From a virus: 32,526 nucleotides of DNA. Shown in pieces: positions 5,279 to 15,541 of the stretch (within the stretch, counting starts at the first letter, position 1; each line of letters starts with the position of its first letter). Made by a program: the position numbers and the translations under genes. The stretch lies in IMG/VR virus record IMGVR_UViG_3300021387_000386. The stretch is one strand, 5' to 3'. The notes beneath the pieces are model-generated. The model was not told the DNA's origin. It was given only the letters and a program-made list of their open reading frames with translations, and made no database searches.

Positions 5279-8200
5279 ACATACAAATATGCATTTGAAA
5301 AATTTCCCCCTGTCACGCTGAGTATTTCTGTTGCTATTCCACCACTAGAATTCTTTGTTTGCATTTGTAGTTTAACATCTCCGTTTGAATATACCCCTAG
5401 CGCATTTGGCATTTTAGCTGCTGAAAACCAGTCTCTATGGCCACAACCTCTAAACAAAACATAGTTTATATCACCATTTGCCTTCCAGAAAACTTCCACA
5501 CTATTTGCGATAAATGTATATGTTATCAAAGGCGCAGAATTGCCATCTACAATGGTTACGTATCCACTAGCAAGATATAGATTTTGTAATCCTTCACGTT
5601 TGGTAAATTGTGCGAAATGAGCTAGAATCCTTTCTACAAACGATGTTATACTTCCTCCGCCGATAAAAGTTGCAAGCCGTGCACCTGTCCGAATGGTAAC
5701 ATCCTTTAACACAATGTTTTTATATTCTCCGCCCTGTGCGTGAACGTTGTTAAAATTAGAATTTCCGTCATAATCAACGGCCCAGCCAGAAGTCCCGTCT
5801 TGATCTATGGCGTGTGTATTTTCGTTATAATGACCATTCCATCCTGCCGATTTAAACAAGCCGCCTTGTTGCATTGTTATGTTTTGTGTAAACAGCTTAT
5901 TGATAAACGCAACCTTTGTCGCAAGTTCTTCACAAAATACAGTTACAGCGGAAAGCTTACGCATTGTCTGTTCAAGCTTTGAATTGTTGGAAACAATTTC
6001 ATCATCAAGAACCGACATAACGTTATTAAAACTGTCGCTTATTTCGCCGTCGTTGATTGATTCGGCCCACTGATAACCGTTCCAGCTGTAAACACGGCCT
6101 TTTAAGAAAGTGTAAGTAACACCGCCATAAGTCACGCTTGTTGTAGGTCCGCCCCATGTGAAATAGTCGCCTTTGTAGCGTGTACCGCCTGCGCTTAAAT
6201 AGTCGTTTATCTCTGTTAAAAGCCCCTTGTTTGTTCCGGCCCTTACTGTTGAGAAGTTGAAGTAAACTGTAAAATCTTTGTTTTCGCCTGCGTAGTTTAA
6301 GTAACCTATAGGCTTGTTTGAATAACCGATAGCATAATTATTAAAACCGATTGCGGTTCCTGTTGTGGCACGGTAGCGGATAACTACCGGGATGTTTCCG
6401 CCTTCGTCGATTTTTACACCTTTGAGCGATTCAAAATAGATTGTTTTTCCTTTGATTGTGGCGGCAATCTGTGAACCGTCGTTTCCGATTGAAACAATTG
6501 TAAATGGAAGTTCTTCTTCTCCATAAGTCAGATGGATTGTTGCAGCGACTTTTTCGCCCCATGCCTTGCCGGTGTTATCACAAGTAAAACAGAAGCTTTC
6601 AACGTCAAAGCGTACATTGTAAACGGAATCGCCTTTTTCACCCTGCGGGCCTTGTGGTCCGGTTGCGCCTGTGTCTCCCTTGTCGCCTTTTTCGCCTTGC
6701 TCTCCCTGTTCGCCCTGTGGTCCTTGTGGCCCCGGAATGCGTACTTCATCGGCAATATCTGCCATTTTCTGCATTATTGCTTCTGGAATAACCGCGCCGT
6801 CTTCTTTTGGTGTTGTAAGGTTTGTTTGATATTCCGGGATGTCTCCGAACTGAAAGATTGCTGAATTATAATCTTTAAGAAGTAATTCCCAGCCGTCGGA
6901 ATTCTGCTTTCGGTTATAAATCATCATTTCGTTTGTAACGCGGCTAAACTCTCCGCTTTCGTTGAGATAACCGAAAGAATAAATATTTCCATATTCCGGT
7001 ATTACATTTATTGCAAGCGGAATAGAAAGTTTGACATTTCGTGTTATGCGCTTTGTAGGGTCTGCCGGTTCTACTTCTATGTATAAATGTTCTTTTGCTG
7101 TGTCTGTCTGTGCCTGAACAATCATGCCATAGCGGGCGTTTGTGTCGGTAAAGTCGCACAAGTCAGAAGTGACAATCTGCTTTAAAAAACCGTTTTCGAC
7201 TGTTATGCTGTGAATAATTCCGTTTGAAAGTCCGATTTTAAGCTGCTTCATTTGAAGCATGATTTTTGAATAAAGCGGGTAATAGTCGCCGTCGCGTCCT
7301 ACCTGAACGGTAATTTCACGCGGTTGCAGCTGTTGTTTTGCAAGAATTCTGTGTGTGTATTTGTAGGCGTGTTCAAAGGTTGTTATATACTTTGGCGCAT
7401 TTTCAACAATAATTTTGTGCTCACCATAAACTGCGCTTGAATCAACCTTGCCGTTTACTGTCTGGTAGAAAGTATCAACGGCCCAGCTTTCACGGTTTGT
7501 GAAAGTTGTTTTTACGGCATACGGCTTGCGTTCAAAAGTTTTTGTAACTGTTACAGATTTAATACACTGCTCATTCAAAAGCGCAACCGGCGTGCTTTGT
7601 GCCTTTTCTATTGAAAAAGTCCATTTGCCCGTTGCGTCGTCTCTGTACATGGTTGTATTGCATTCAGAAAGAATGCTGTTGAGAATGTCTGCTTTCTTTG
7701 AATCGTCTGTTAAAATGCCGTCACAATAAAAGCCGTTCTGTTCACAATAGGTATATACCGCGCCCAGCGCTTCAAGGTCTATTTCATCATCATTATATCT
7801 TGAATGCGGATGTACATCCGTCGTCATTACTTCAAGAACCCATGAAGCGGGGTTTCTTGTCGGGTATCTGTTAACAGTCCATGCGTCATTGTTCCAGATT
7901 CTAGCTTTTCCGTAAGCGTTAATATTTATCTGGTCCAGATTGTCTTTTGTTGATTCGTTGGAAATAATACGCAAGGCAAGGCGTGTTGTTCTTCCTCTCC
8001 ACGGTTGCTCAAGCGGGGCACATGTAACAATGTTGTTATCGGTAGACTTTGCCGCGTCGTACTGCCAGCAATTGAGATAACATAAATAGCAAGTTTCCTG
8101 CGAATTGCTTTCTTCAAGTGCGGTAATACGTGTCAATCTGATCTGAATATCTTTGCCGACACACTGCGCAGCTGTGAGGGTAACAGTTTTACTAAAACGA

Positions 8201-9177
8201 ACCTGTTTGCGTGAGTTTATGTCACCTGTAACAATGTTTCCGGCGTCGTTCCATGTGCTGCCGTCGTTACTCCATTCGACTTTTACAGAAACGTTTTTGC
8301 TTTTCCATCCGTCGTCGTATCGGCGCAAGCCGTTAAACAAAATGCACACATCAAACTTATAAGTATTTGTAGCGGCCTGTTTTACAACGGCGTTGTTATA
8401 GTCCAGCTCGTCAGAAAAACTTGTGCAAGAAACTTTTTCATTTAAGCCGGCAATTACAACTTCGTTTTCATACTTTACATCAAGTTTATCTGCCGGATCA
8501 TAAAACGGGCAATCATTTTCAAAATAATAAGGGTTTTCGCCGGAATCTTCCAGATAAGAAAACTCTTCAACCTGCCCCGGAATTTCGATTGTTCTATTCG
8601 GTTTTTTAATAACCTTTGTACCTATGGAAACATCCTGAATAAGTGCGTTATTAAATCCGGCAACAAGAAGAACATTCCAGAATTGATTTGCGCCGTTTTC
8701 TCCTGAAATTGTGTAATAACCCGCAACAAGTTTATAAGGCACGTCGTAAACACTTCCCATGATATACGGGATGTTGTAACCGAGTGCGCTTCTGTTGTTT
8801 GCGCCTTTAAGAAACGGAAGCTGTGTTATACGCTCTGCAAGGGCTTTCGCCTGCTTCTGGGCCTTTTCCATTTCCTCTTGTGCTTTCTGCTGTTCAACTG
8901 CGGAATATACAGCGGCACCAACTGCAACGGCAGCGCATACAAGGGAAATAACAGCCATAACAACTGCACCCGTTGCGCCTGGTATTACACGGATAAATAC
9001 AATGTCGTTATCTTTCAGAATGTAATCGGGTGCGATCTGTTCGCCTGCATTAAGAATAATACACTGTTCAAGGTCTAATTCCGGGTAAAGTTCGTGCGCA
9101 AGCTCGTTTACACTGGCATTGCCTTTGATGGTTCTATATTCTTCTGAAAGTCCTTTGTATATGTTTAATGTTCCCAT
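5275..9177 (-). CDS. Tail tip / host-specificity protein (lambda gpI-like N-terminus fused to a gpJ-like body, collagen-like tract, C-terminal fibre domain)
   Basis: 1300 aa directly after the K-like gene. The N-terminus has a small domain plus a hydrophobic helix ([25 protein letters not shown]). A J-like segment follows ([31 protein letters not shown]). It is the largest ORF in the tail module. Confidence 0.75.
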   Translation of the reverse strand: MGTLNIYKGLSEEYRTIKGNASVNELAHELYPELDLEQCIILNAGEQIAPDYILKDNDIVFIRVIPGATGAVVMAVISLVCAAVAVGAAVYSAVEQQKAQEEMEKAQKQAKALAERITQLPFLKGANNRSALGYNIPYIMGSVYDVPYKLVAGYYTISGENGANQFWNVLLVAGFNNALIQDVSIGTKVIKKPNRTIEIPGQVEEFSYLEDSGENPYYFENDCPFYDPADKLDVKYENEVVIAGLNEKVSCTSFSDELDYNNAVVKQAATNTYKFDVCILFNGLRRYDDGWKSKNVSVKVEWSNDGSTWNDAGNIVTGDINSRKQVRFSKTVTLTAAQCVGKDIQIRLTRITALEESNSQETCYLCYLNCWQYDAAKSTDNNIVTCAPLEQPWRGRTTRLALRIISNESTKDNLDQININAYGKARIWNNDAWTVNRYPTRNPASWVLEVMTTDVHPHSRYNDDEIDLEALGAVYTYCEQNGFYCDGILTDDSKKADILNSILSECNTTMYRDDATGKWTFSIEKAQSTPVALLNEQCIKSVTVTKTFERKPYAVKTTFTNRESWAVDTFYQTVNGKVDSSAVYGEHKIIVENAPKYITTFEHAYKYTHRILAKQQLQPREITVQVGRDGDYYPLYSKIMLQMKQLKIGLSNGIIHSITVENGFLKQIVTSDLCDFTDTNARYGMIVQAQTDTAKEHLYIEVEPADPTKRITRNVKLSIPLAINVIPEYGNIYSFGYLNESGEFSRVTNEMMIYNRKQNSDGWELLLKDYNSAIFQFGDIPEYQTNLTTPKEDGAVIPEAIMQKMADIADEVRIPGPQGPQGEQGEQGEKGDKGDTGATGPQGPQGEKGDSVYNVRFDVESFCFTCDNTGKAWGEKVAATIHLTYGEEELPFTIVSIGNDGSQIAATIKGKTIYFESLKGVKIDEGGNIPVVIRYRATTGTAIGFNNYAIGYSNKPIGYLNYAGENKDFTVYFNFSTVRAGTNKGLLTEINDYLSAGGTRYKGDYFTWGGPTTSVTYGGVTYTFLKGRVYSWNGYQWAESINDGEISDSFNNVMSVLDDEIVSNNSKLEQTMRKLSAVTVFCEELATKVAFINKLFTQNITMQQGGLFKSAGWNGHYNENTHAIDQDGTSGWAVDYDGNSNFNNVHAQGGEYKNIVLKDVTIRTGARLATFIGGGSITSFVERILAHFAQFTKREGLQNLYLASGYVTIVDGNSAPLITYTFIANSVEVFWKANGDINYVLFRGCGHRDWFSAAKMPNALGVYSNGDVKLQMQTKNSSGGIATEILSVTGGNFSNAYLYV
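6625..6732 (-). repeat. Collagen-like Gly-X-Y tract (12 triplets) inside the tail fibre gene
   Basis: [36 protein letters not shown] read from the minus strand. Confidence 0.85.
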
Positions 9178-9560
9178 TGGATAACCTCGTAAACATTCGC
9201 AAGTTTTAAGTAAGTTCTACTTGAAGCAAAAGAAGAAATTCTAACGCCCTGATTTTCGGTTGCATGAATGAAAGTGTTTTTATCAAGTGCAACTGCAACG
9301 TGTAGCCGCTTATCCTGCAAGCCGTAAAATTCAAGAATTACGCCTTCGCTGATTTCGTCCAGCCGTAATTTTTTTACGTTAAGTGTCGGGGCGGTTTTTT
9401 CAACCTTTGCACGGTCGAACTTTTCTAAAGCTACGTCTTTAAGAGTTTTTCCCAGTCGCTTTTCTACTTCAATTGCAAGGCCGTAACAGTCCAGCCCGGT
9501 TTTTATGTCGCGCCCGAACTCTACGAACGGCACGCCGATTAAATCCGCAACATCAATCAT
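9165..9560 (-). CDS. Tail tip assembly protein, NlpC/P60 (C40) fold, lambda gpK-like
   Basis: 131 aa with GLDCYGL (catalytic Cys context) and LHVAVAL..FIHAT (His). It sits between the L-like and J-like genes. Confidence 0.7.
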   Translation of the reverse strand: MIDVADLIGVPFVEFGRDIKTGLDCYGLAIEVEKRLGKTLKDVALEKFDRAKVEKTAPTLNVKKLRLDEISEGVILEFYGLQDKRLHVAVALDKNTFIHATENQGVRISSFASSRTYLKLANVYEVIQWEH

Positions 9561-10015
9561 GTGTTCCCCTTGTTCGTTTCCGCGTCGAACTTATAAGGCG
9601 GAAAAGTCATTTCTAAGCGGTCGTCGGTTCCTAATTCAAAGTTTAATTCCATATTCTCTGAATAAGAAACGGTTCCGTAAAAATGAATATACTGTTTAAG
9701 GCGCTGAACCTCGCCACCTTCTGCAATAAGGCCCACAACGTCAAGGCGGTAATTGTCGTCTGCATTTTCTACAAACTCAATCAGGCCGTTATCTGCTCCG
9801 CTTATGCGAAGGTTTGCACCTTTGCCGTTTGAATCCGGCGGCGCATATTCAAAGCTTGCGTGATGATAAATATTGCCTTCAAACTCTATGCTTTCGGTGT
9901 TGTTTACAAAGTAGAGTGTTGAACATCCAGGGCAAGAAAACTTTAAAAGAAAGGGCAGTGCATAAGCTCCGCCGTTGAAGTATCTGTTAAAAATCTGATA
10001 TTCGTTTAACTGCAT
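9557..10015 (-). CDS. Minor tail protein, lambda gpL-position (DUF1833-like)
   Basis: 152 aa, in M-L-K-J synteny, translationally coupled to its neighbours through 1- and 4-nt overlaps. Confidence 0.55.
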   Translation of the reverse strand: MQLNEYQIFNRYFNGGAYALPFLLKFSCPGCSTLYFVNNTESIEFEGNIYHHASFEYAPPDSNGKGANLRISGADNGLIEFVENADDNYRLDVVGLIAEGGEVQRLKQYIHFYGTVSYSENMELNFELGTDDRLEMTFPPYKFDAETNKGNT

Positions 10016-10368
10016 TAGTAAACCTCTTCAATTTCCAAGCTTAAAACCCTGTTTTTCTGTCCTTCGCTTTCATCCGGGATTGTCTTAAAACGAAAGTATT
10101 CTGTTGAAGTTGGTGTTCGTTTAAGTGCAGCACAATGAAAGTTTCCGGCACATCCGCCCAGCGTGTCAGTGAACCAGTTCCAAAAAGCGGTGCGCTCTGT
10201 GTTTGTTACTCCTAAACTGCATTTGAAGTCAAAAACAAAGCGGGTGTTTTTCAGGATGGAAACTTTACGCCCGCTGGCGTATTCTGTTGTTGTTGTGTTT
10301 TCTTCCGGCTTTGCGGTGCCTTTGAAAAACTTTGTGTTTACTGTGTATGGCCATTCAACGTATGTCAT
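10015..10368 (-). CDS. Minor tail protein, lambda gpM-position
   Basis: 117 aa immediately after the tape measure gene. The call is by synteny. Confidence 0.5.
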   Translation of the reverse strand: MTYVEWPYTVNTKFFKGTAKPEENTTTTEYASGRKVSILKNTRFVFDFKCSLGVTNTERTAFWNWFTDTLGGCAGNFHCAALKRTPTSTEYFRFKTIPDESEGQKNRVLSLEIEEVY

Positions 10369-12905
10369 AAGTACCGCGCCCCCTTCATGCTTGCGTTTGC
10401 AGATTGCAAAGCGTTGTTATATCCGCCCGACTGCATTGTAGAATTAACAATTTTATCGACTGTAATTTTAATCTGTCGGTCTTGCTGCATTGCCGAAACC
10501 TGCACGGCGTCGCCTGCGTTGTTTTCGATGTTTACCGGCATATTTACTACAACGCCTTTTCCGCCTTCGCCGTTTGCAAGGTCCAAAAATGCCCGCTGTT
10601 CTGCCGGATTCAGGATTGCTTCGCCGGCGTTTCCATTAAACGCGATTTTGTCGCCATGGTAAGAATTGCCGGTCAAAAATCCACCTGTACTAAAAGAAGG
10701 TGCCCGCGGTTTTGCGCCTGCAATGGCTATGAGCTGTGCAGCACCCAAAAGCCCCGCAGTTGTGGCATTGATTACGTTTACCGGTGGTGTACCAAAAGCA
10801 AGGGCATTAACAACGGCCTGCGCTGCCTGTGCGGTAGCCATTGCAAGATTCATGCTCCATTCTGCCATTTTAATTTTGTATTCCTTCTGGGCGGCTTCCT
10901 TGTCAAGCTGGTCTTTTTTCTCTAAGTATTCATCATAAGTGATAATGTCATTATCTAACTGCATTTCAAGGGCTTTTGCGTCTTTGTCGTACTGTCTGTT
11001 TGCTTCGCTCAATGCAGTTTGTGAAATTTGGCTTATAGAATTAGTCAAACTCTGCATGCTGTCGGTGATTTGAGACATAACAGAATTTACATTGTCAATT
11101 GTTCGTCCGTGGCCCTCTGCGGCTTTTTCTTCTGCTTCCTGAACCTGTGGAAGAAGTTCTTTAAGCTCTTTTAATTTTTCGATGTAGTCCGCATAAGCTG
11201 CGCTTTCGTGGTCCAGCGCTTCGGCTTCTACTTCCAGCGCGTCGATTGTCTGCTGGATTGTGTCGGAAAGCTTCACTTCCTGCGGGCCGTTTATAAGCTC
11301 GTTTGCGCTTTCTTTGAGTTTAAGAACTTTGTCGTTCATTGCGTCAAGCTGGTCTTTAATTGCTTTTACCTGTCTTTCTTCTTCCTTTTCGGCTTCAAGG
11401 CGTGCTTTTTCTGCTTCTTCCATAGTAGCAAGATCAGTACTCATTCTCTTTATTTCTGCCCGGATTTTTACGGCGGCGGCGCTTGTTGTGTCTCCGCCAT
11501 CCTTGATAAACTTAACGTATGCTTCAAGCTTTGTGTTAAGCATTTTGCGCAGCTCGTCTTCCTGGGTGATCTGCTCTCCTGCCTGCTTACGAATTGCAAG
11601 TTCTTTTTCCTGGGCGGTCACTGATTCGTTGTATTTGTCTAAAAGTTCGCTTTGAATGGCGGCTTCTTCGGCTTCGCGTTTTTCAAGCTCCATTCTTACA
11701 GCGTATTGCAGTTTATAATCTGCCTTTTCAAGCGTTGCAGCACTTCGCAAGGTTTCCAGACGTTCACGCAACTGCTTTGTTGTCATTGTTGCGGCTTCCT
11801 GTGCCGCTTTTGCGTCTGCCTGTTCGTTTTCAGCTTTCTTTTGTCGCCAGCTCTGTTCTTCTTTCAGAATGTTTAAAAGCTCTGTTTCTTCTGCCTTGCG
11901 CTTTTTGAGATTAGAAAGATAGTTGATAGCGTTTCCAAGTGCTTCGTTATTCTGTGCGCCGGCAACGTCTTCAAGGTATAACCGGCGGTTTCCGTCTTTG
12001 TCGACGTCTTTTGCTTCTGCAAGCGTATTTTTTACAAACTCTTTGTTAGAACGATAACCGCCACCGATAACCCATGTTTGAGAAGCTTTTTCAAGCGCCT
12101 TGTTTACGTTTTCCGCGAACTCCTGCGCCTTCTTTGTCTGTCTAAGCCAGAAGTTGTTCCAAGAATCATAAGCGGGTTTTGTAACCTTTCCCCAGCTTTC
12201 GGCAAGGTCACCTTGTGCCATTTCAAGTTGTTTTGCGCTGCCTGTTGCTTTTGTGGCTTCTTCTGAAATTCCTTTGTACTGTTCGGCCAGAATCTTTACA
12301 GCTTCGCCGTTTTGAAGCTGTTCTTTTGTCAGGTTCTTTGTTTCAGCTGATAAAGTCGAAAGTTTTCCCGCTTCGCCTGTATAAGACTTGTTAAGCATAT
12401 CAATAACGCTTTGCAAGCTTTTGCCACTTCCTGCGGCAACGTCAATTGAAGCGCTCATAATATCCATTACTTGCGCTTCTGTTCTTCCAGAAGCTACAAG
12501 TTCGGTCATCATCGGAATAAGTTCTTCATCGCCATAATCTGAAATAGACTGCAATTGCCCCGCAAATTCTTCAAGGCGTTTAACGCCTGTACCGTCCATG
12601 TATGGATTGTTCTTTGCTGCCTGTGCAAGTTTTGTTTCTGCCTTTAACTGAACGTTGAAAGCTTCGGCAGTGTCTTTAATTGCCTGCAATTCCTGTTTAA
12701 GAAGTTTTACTTCGGCAGCAATAACGGCACCAAGTCCGGCACCTTTAATTGTGCTTGTTGTGCGTTTCCATGAATTACCAAGCTTTGAAATAGAATCGTT
12801 TTTTGCTTCTTTTCCTAATTTATTAAAACTTGCGGTCAGTTTGTCAATTTTGGTTTGCGCTTCTTTAGAATCTACGCCGATTTTTGTATTTACTTGCTTA
12901 GCCAT
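10365..12905 (-). CDS. Tail tape measure protein
   Basis: 846 aa, long, alanine/glutamate-rich and coiled-coil. A hydrophobic Gly/Ala-rich segment lies near the C-terminus (ALAFGTPPVNVINATTAGLLGAAQLIAIAGA). Positioned between the chaperone and tail-tip genes. Confidence 0.88.
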   Translation of the reverse strand: MAKQVNTKIGVDSKEAQTKIDKLTASFNKLGKEAKNDSISKLGNSWKRTTSTIKGAGLGAVIAAEVKLLKQELQAIKDTAEAFNVQLKAETKLAQAAKNNPYMDGTGVKRLEEFAGQLQSISDYGDEELIPMMTELVASGRTEAQVMDIMSASIDVAAGSGKSLQSVIDMLNKSYTGEAGKLSTLSAETKNLTKEQLQNGEAVKILAEQYKGISEEATKATGSAKQLEMAQGDLAESWGKVTKPAYDSWNNFWLRQTKKAQEFAENVNKALEKASQTWVIGGGYRSNKEFVKNTLAEAKDVDKDGNRRLYLEDVAGAQNNEALGNAINYLSNLKKRKAEETELLNILKEEQSWRQKKAENEQADAKAAQEAATMTTKQLRERLETLRSAATLEKADYKLQYAVRMELEKREAEEAAIQSELLDKYNESVTAQEKELAIRKQAGEQITQEDELRKMLNTKLEAYVKFIKDGGDTTSAAAVKIRAEIKRMSTDLATMEEAEKARLEAEKEEERQVKAIKDQLDAMNDKVLKLKESANELINGPQEVKLSDTIQQTIDALEVEAEALDHESAAYADYIEKLKELKELLPQVQEAEEKAAEGHGRTIDNVNSVMSQITDSMQSLTNSISQISQTALSEANRQYDKDAKALEMQLDNDIITYDEYLEKKDQLDKEAAQKEYKIKMAEWSMNLAMATAQAAQAVVNALAFGTPPVNVINATTAGLLGAAQLIAIAGAKPRAPSFSTGGFLTGNSYHGDKIAFNGNAGEAILNPAEQRAFLDLANGEGGKGVVVNMPVNIENNAGDAVQVSAMQQDRQIKITVDKIVNSTMQSGGYNNALQSANASMKGARYL

Positions 12906-12916
12906 TTAAAACCCCG

Positions 12917-13477
12917 CTATTGTTTCAACTGTGAATCAAACGCAGCGATTGCGGCTTTTTCTTCGTCGGAATATTCCTTTTCAATCTGCCACATTGCTTT
13001 CATTTGAAGCATATATTTTTTATATTCCCTGTTGTCGCTTTCCTTTGGAACGTATGCCCGATATTCCATTACTTTATTAAGTTTTGTATCGGTCAGCCCC
13101 GCAAGCAACGCTTGAAACTTGTACCAGTGCAAGTGCAAGTTTCTTTTTTTAAGGTCTATTCCGTAGCGCTGCCAGAAAGCGGAATAAATCAAATCAGCGT
13201 CTATTTCGTAATCAAGAAGAATTGCGTCTGGCTCGTCACCGATGTCGCGCGGTATTTCCCGCGGTGGTTGTGCAAAATCCTTTATTGCTTCAAAACCTGC
13301 TTTCAGGTCCGGCGGAATAGCGCCTTTGTATAAATAGTTATACTCTTCGTATCTGTGCGGATGTTTTGCCATCTGCGAAAAAAGAATGAAAAACTGATAA
13401 TCTGTGTTAATGCGATAAGACTTGCCGGAAACTATGACAGAATCCGGCAAGTCTATAATACGGCTCAAATCAATCAT
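12917..13477 (-). CDS. Tail assembly chaperone-position protein (phage Gp15-like)
   Basis: 186 aa between the major tail and tape measure genes. The N-terminus MIDLSRIIDLPDSVIVSGKSYRINTDYQ resembles the Gp15 family of siphophages. Confidence 0.5.
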   Translation of the reverse strand: MIDLSRIIDLPDSVIVSGKSYRINTDYQFFILFSQMAKHPHRYEEYNYLYKGAIPPDLKAGFEAIKDFAQPPREIPRDIGDEPDAILLDYEIDADLIYSAFWQRYGIDLKKRNLHLHWYKFQALLAGLTDTKLNKVMEYRAYVPKESDNREYKKYMLQMKAMWQIEKEYSDEEKAAIAAFDSQLKQ

Positions 13478-13488
13478 TTACGCACGCA

Positions 13489-14010
13489 TTAAGACGACGG
13501 CATGTCGCCTTCTGTAAATGTCGGAACGCCATCTGCGATTGTAACGTAACCCTTAACCGGTGTACCGTTTTCGTAAACGTTACAAGAAAGTGATTTTCCG
13601 GTAGCGTTCAGCTCTTCTACTGTTACGCTGGCGTTTGTCTTTTCAGCGTAGTAGTAAGTTACGTCTTCGCCGCTTTCTTCGACTGTTACGCTGTCGAAGA
13701 TGTTTACCAGAAGGAATTCTTTCTGTGCTTCTGAACCGATAGCACGCTTTTTGTAAAGGTCGTAGAACAACTCAAAGTCTGGTTCACCTTTGTACATTGT
13801 GACAGAAAGGTTTTCAGATGGTTTGTAGTCCATAACCTCTGTTGTCGGGTGTTCATCCGCGATGTAGTCTCGCTCTTCTGTCTGCGGATTCATTGCGCGT
13901 GTAAACTCCGTAGCCTTCTTAATCTGCACCCAGTTAGGTGCTGCCGATGTTCCTTTGTTCAGGAATGGGCGGATTAAGTGTTTCTTAATCAATTGTGTCT
14001 GTTCACTCAT
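13489..14010 (-). CDS. Major tail protein
   Basis: 173 aa with a strong SD (GAGGA) upstream. The position upstream of the chaperone and TMP is typical of siphovirus major tail subunits. Confidence 0.65.
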   Translation of the reverse strand: MSEQTQLIKKHLIRPFLNKGTSAAPNWVQIKKATEFTRAMNPQTEERDYIADEHPTTEVMDYKPSENLSVTMYKGEPDFELFYDLYKKRAIGSEAQKEFLLVNIFDSVTVEESGEDVTYYYAEKTNASVTVEELNATGKSLSCNVYENGTPVKGYVTIADGVPTFTEGDMPSS

Positions 14011-14012
14011 GG

Positions 14013-14477
14013 TTAATAATCCTCACTTGTATATATTGTCAGGTTAATTTCGGCGGCGGTCATTGTTTTTTCAACAGCTCCGCAGTCAGGGTAAAACCTG
14101 ATTGTTCCTAGTTCAGTTTCCTGCACACTGTCTTCGCAAAGTGTGTAGTTTTGCGCCACTGCCTGTTTGAAACATGCAGCATAACGACACATTCTTTTTA
14201 TAAGTTCATCGTATTTACAGCCCTTAAAAACAAAAGTTACTGTAAATTCGCTTTGTGTTACCACGTCGGAAATTGTTCCTTCTCCGTCTTCCTGGGTTTC
14301 TGGTAAAACGGAAACGGAAACGTCAGGAACTTTCAGCGGGTCTACTGTGCCGAAAATAACCGACTTTGCTGTAAGGCGGGGCAGTGCCGGCGCTGGTGAC
14401 GGGTCGTCATATTCTGAAAGTTCTGTATTAAATTGAGTTGTCAAAAAGTTTTTTATAACTTCAAAAAGTTCTTCCAT
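14013..14477 (-). CDS. Tail terminator / head-tail joining protein (by position)
   Basis: 154 aa between the HK97 gp10-like protein and the major tail protein. Confidence 0.45.
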   Translation of the reverse strand: MEELFEVIKNFLTTQFNTELSEYDDPSPAPALPRLTAKSVIFGTVDPLKVPDVSVSVLPETQEDGEGTISDVVTQSEFTVTFVFKGCKYDELIKRMCRYAACFKQAVAQNYTLCEDSVQETELGTIRFYPDCGAVEKTMTAAEINLTIYTSEDY

Positions 14478-14893
14478 TACTTGCCCCAGTATTTAGACAG
14501 TTCTTTTTCAACCATCTTTTCTATATCCGGCATATATGCGCCAGATTCCGCCCATTGTCGGCCTATTTCAATAAAAGAGTGCGGGCGGTTTTGCGCTCTT
14601 TTAGTAGGTCCGTCATAACCGAAATTCAAACCGAACGTTTTCGGAAAAATTGAACTTCCTGTTTCTCCGTCCGGGTAAACGTTCGCCGTTCCGTCTTTTT
14701 TTACGTGGTAGCGAAACGCTTTTAATAATTCGCCCGATCTACTATGCAGTGTTTCCCGGATTCCAGCATTTATTGCCTTAACCGTTCCGCGTGCAATTAT
14801 AGAAAGTGCTTTTCGTCGGATTGAAGCAAAACTTTTTGAAGTTCCGGCAAGTGCCTTTTGAACTTCGCTATCGTCATACTCAATCGTTATCAT
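14477..14893 (-). CDS. HK97 gp10-family head-tail joining protein
   Basis: 138 aa with N-terminus MITIEYDDSEVQKAL. Size and position are typical of the HK97 gp10 family. Confidence 0.55.
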   Translation of the reverse strand: MITIEYDDSEVQKALAGTSKSFASIRRKALSIIARGTVKAINAGIRETLHSRSGELLKAFRYHVKKDGTANVYPDGETGSSIFPKTFGLNFGYDGPTKRAQNRPHSFIEIGRQWAESGAYMPDIEKMVEKELSKYWGK

Positions 14894-15249
14894 TAAGCAC
14901 CCTCAATCTTTCGGAATGCCGAAAGCGGTTTTAAGTACGGCGTATAGTCCACAATGTTTGCAAACGTTCGGTTTACGCCGATACTTGAATTATTGTTAAC
15001 GCCTATGTTTCCGCCGTCTTCCAGCTGTAAAAGTGTAGCAATGCGCAAACATACGTTTTTGAACATGGCAACAGCGGCGGCGTCGTAATGCTCTGAATCT
15101 GTCAGAACTGATTCACAATCAAAAAGCACATAGTTTGAAATAATCTGCTGTGCTGTTCCGATGTGAATAGCGATAAGCTGCTGTGAAGTTTCGTCTTCTT
15201 TCTGTTCAATCCCGTTGTATGCGTACAACAAAGCGGCGGTAATCAGCAT
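14893..15249 (-). CDS. Head-tail connector (gp6-like adaptor)
   Basis: 118 aa, the first connector gene after the capsid block. The N-terminal helical segment resembles gp6-like head-tail connectors. Confidence 0.5.
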   Translation of the reverse strand: MLITAALLYAYNGIEQKEDETSQQLIAIHIGTAQQIISNYVLFDCESVLTDSEHYDAAAVAMFKNVCLRIATLLQLEDGGNIGVNNNSSIGVNRTFANIVDYTPYLKPLSAFRKIEGA

Positions 15250-15470
15250 TATTTTTCATCCTTTGGAACTTCTGCGATTCCATCTTTTACAAAGCGGTTT
15301 GCCACTGTTTCCGGCAATTCTACAACCTGTTTTGGTTGAAAAACGCCATAAACGCCCCAATAACCGGAAATAAAACAAACTTTCACCATTTTGTTAGTTT
15401 TTGGTGTATTTTCGTTATTATTTGCCTTGTTTTCGTTGTTTTTATCAGTGTTTTTGTTGTTATTTGCCAT
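15249..15470 (-). CDS. Hypothetical small protein with Asn/Lys-rich N-terminus
   Basis: ATG 15470 preceded by GAGGGG 7 nt upstream (the track ORF begins 5 codons earlier). Lies after the capsid gene terminator. Confidence 0.5.
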   Translation of the reverse strand: MANNNKNTDKNNENKANNNENTPKTNKMVKVCFISGYWGVYGVFQPKQVVELPETVANRFVKDGIAEVPKDEK

Positions 15471-15483
15471 ATATAAACCCCTC

Positions 15484-15521
15484 AAAATAGGGCGCTCGCA
15501 TGGGGCGCCACGCCCTATTTT
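15484..15521 (-). terminator. Intrinsic terminator-like hairpin after the major capsid gene
   Basis: aaaatagggcg (15484-15494) pairs with cgccctatttt (15511-15521). The core is GC-rich, a U-run follows on the minus strand, and it lies 21 nt after the capsid stop. Confidence 0.55.
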
Positions 15522-15541
15522 TATGTTATTTTTCCGGCCTA

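Noticed and set aside
6625-6732. The collagen-like G-X-Y tract could be a hypervariable or contingency repeat.
   Set aside because: The triplets are not nucleotide-identical tandem units (codons vary), so slipped-strand variation is unlikely. It is interpreted as a structural trimerisation hinge of the fibre.
10387-12909. There are many + strand ORFs of 60-170 aa, for example 10404..10925, 11208..11624, 11260..11655 and 12655..12909. Similar ones sit inside other minus-strand genes (26028..26594, 16518..16796, 19785..20075).
   Set aside because: All are nested antisense within long ORFs that have clear phage identities. They have low-complexity Cys/Phe/Leu/Ser-rich translations and lack SD sequences. 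They are treated as shadow ORFs.
12917-13477. A G/GT-type programmed -1 frameshift tail chaperone pair would be expected between the major tail and tape measure genes.
   Set aside because: Only one 186-aa ORF is present. No overlapping same-strand ORF or obvious slippery heptamer was found by eye. It cannot be excluded without a computational slippery-site scan.
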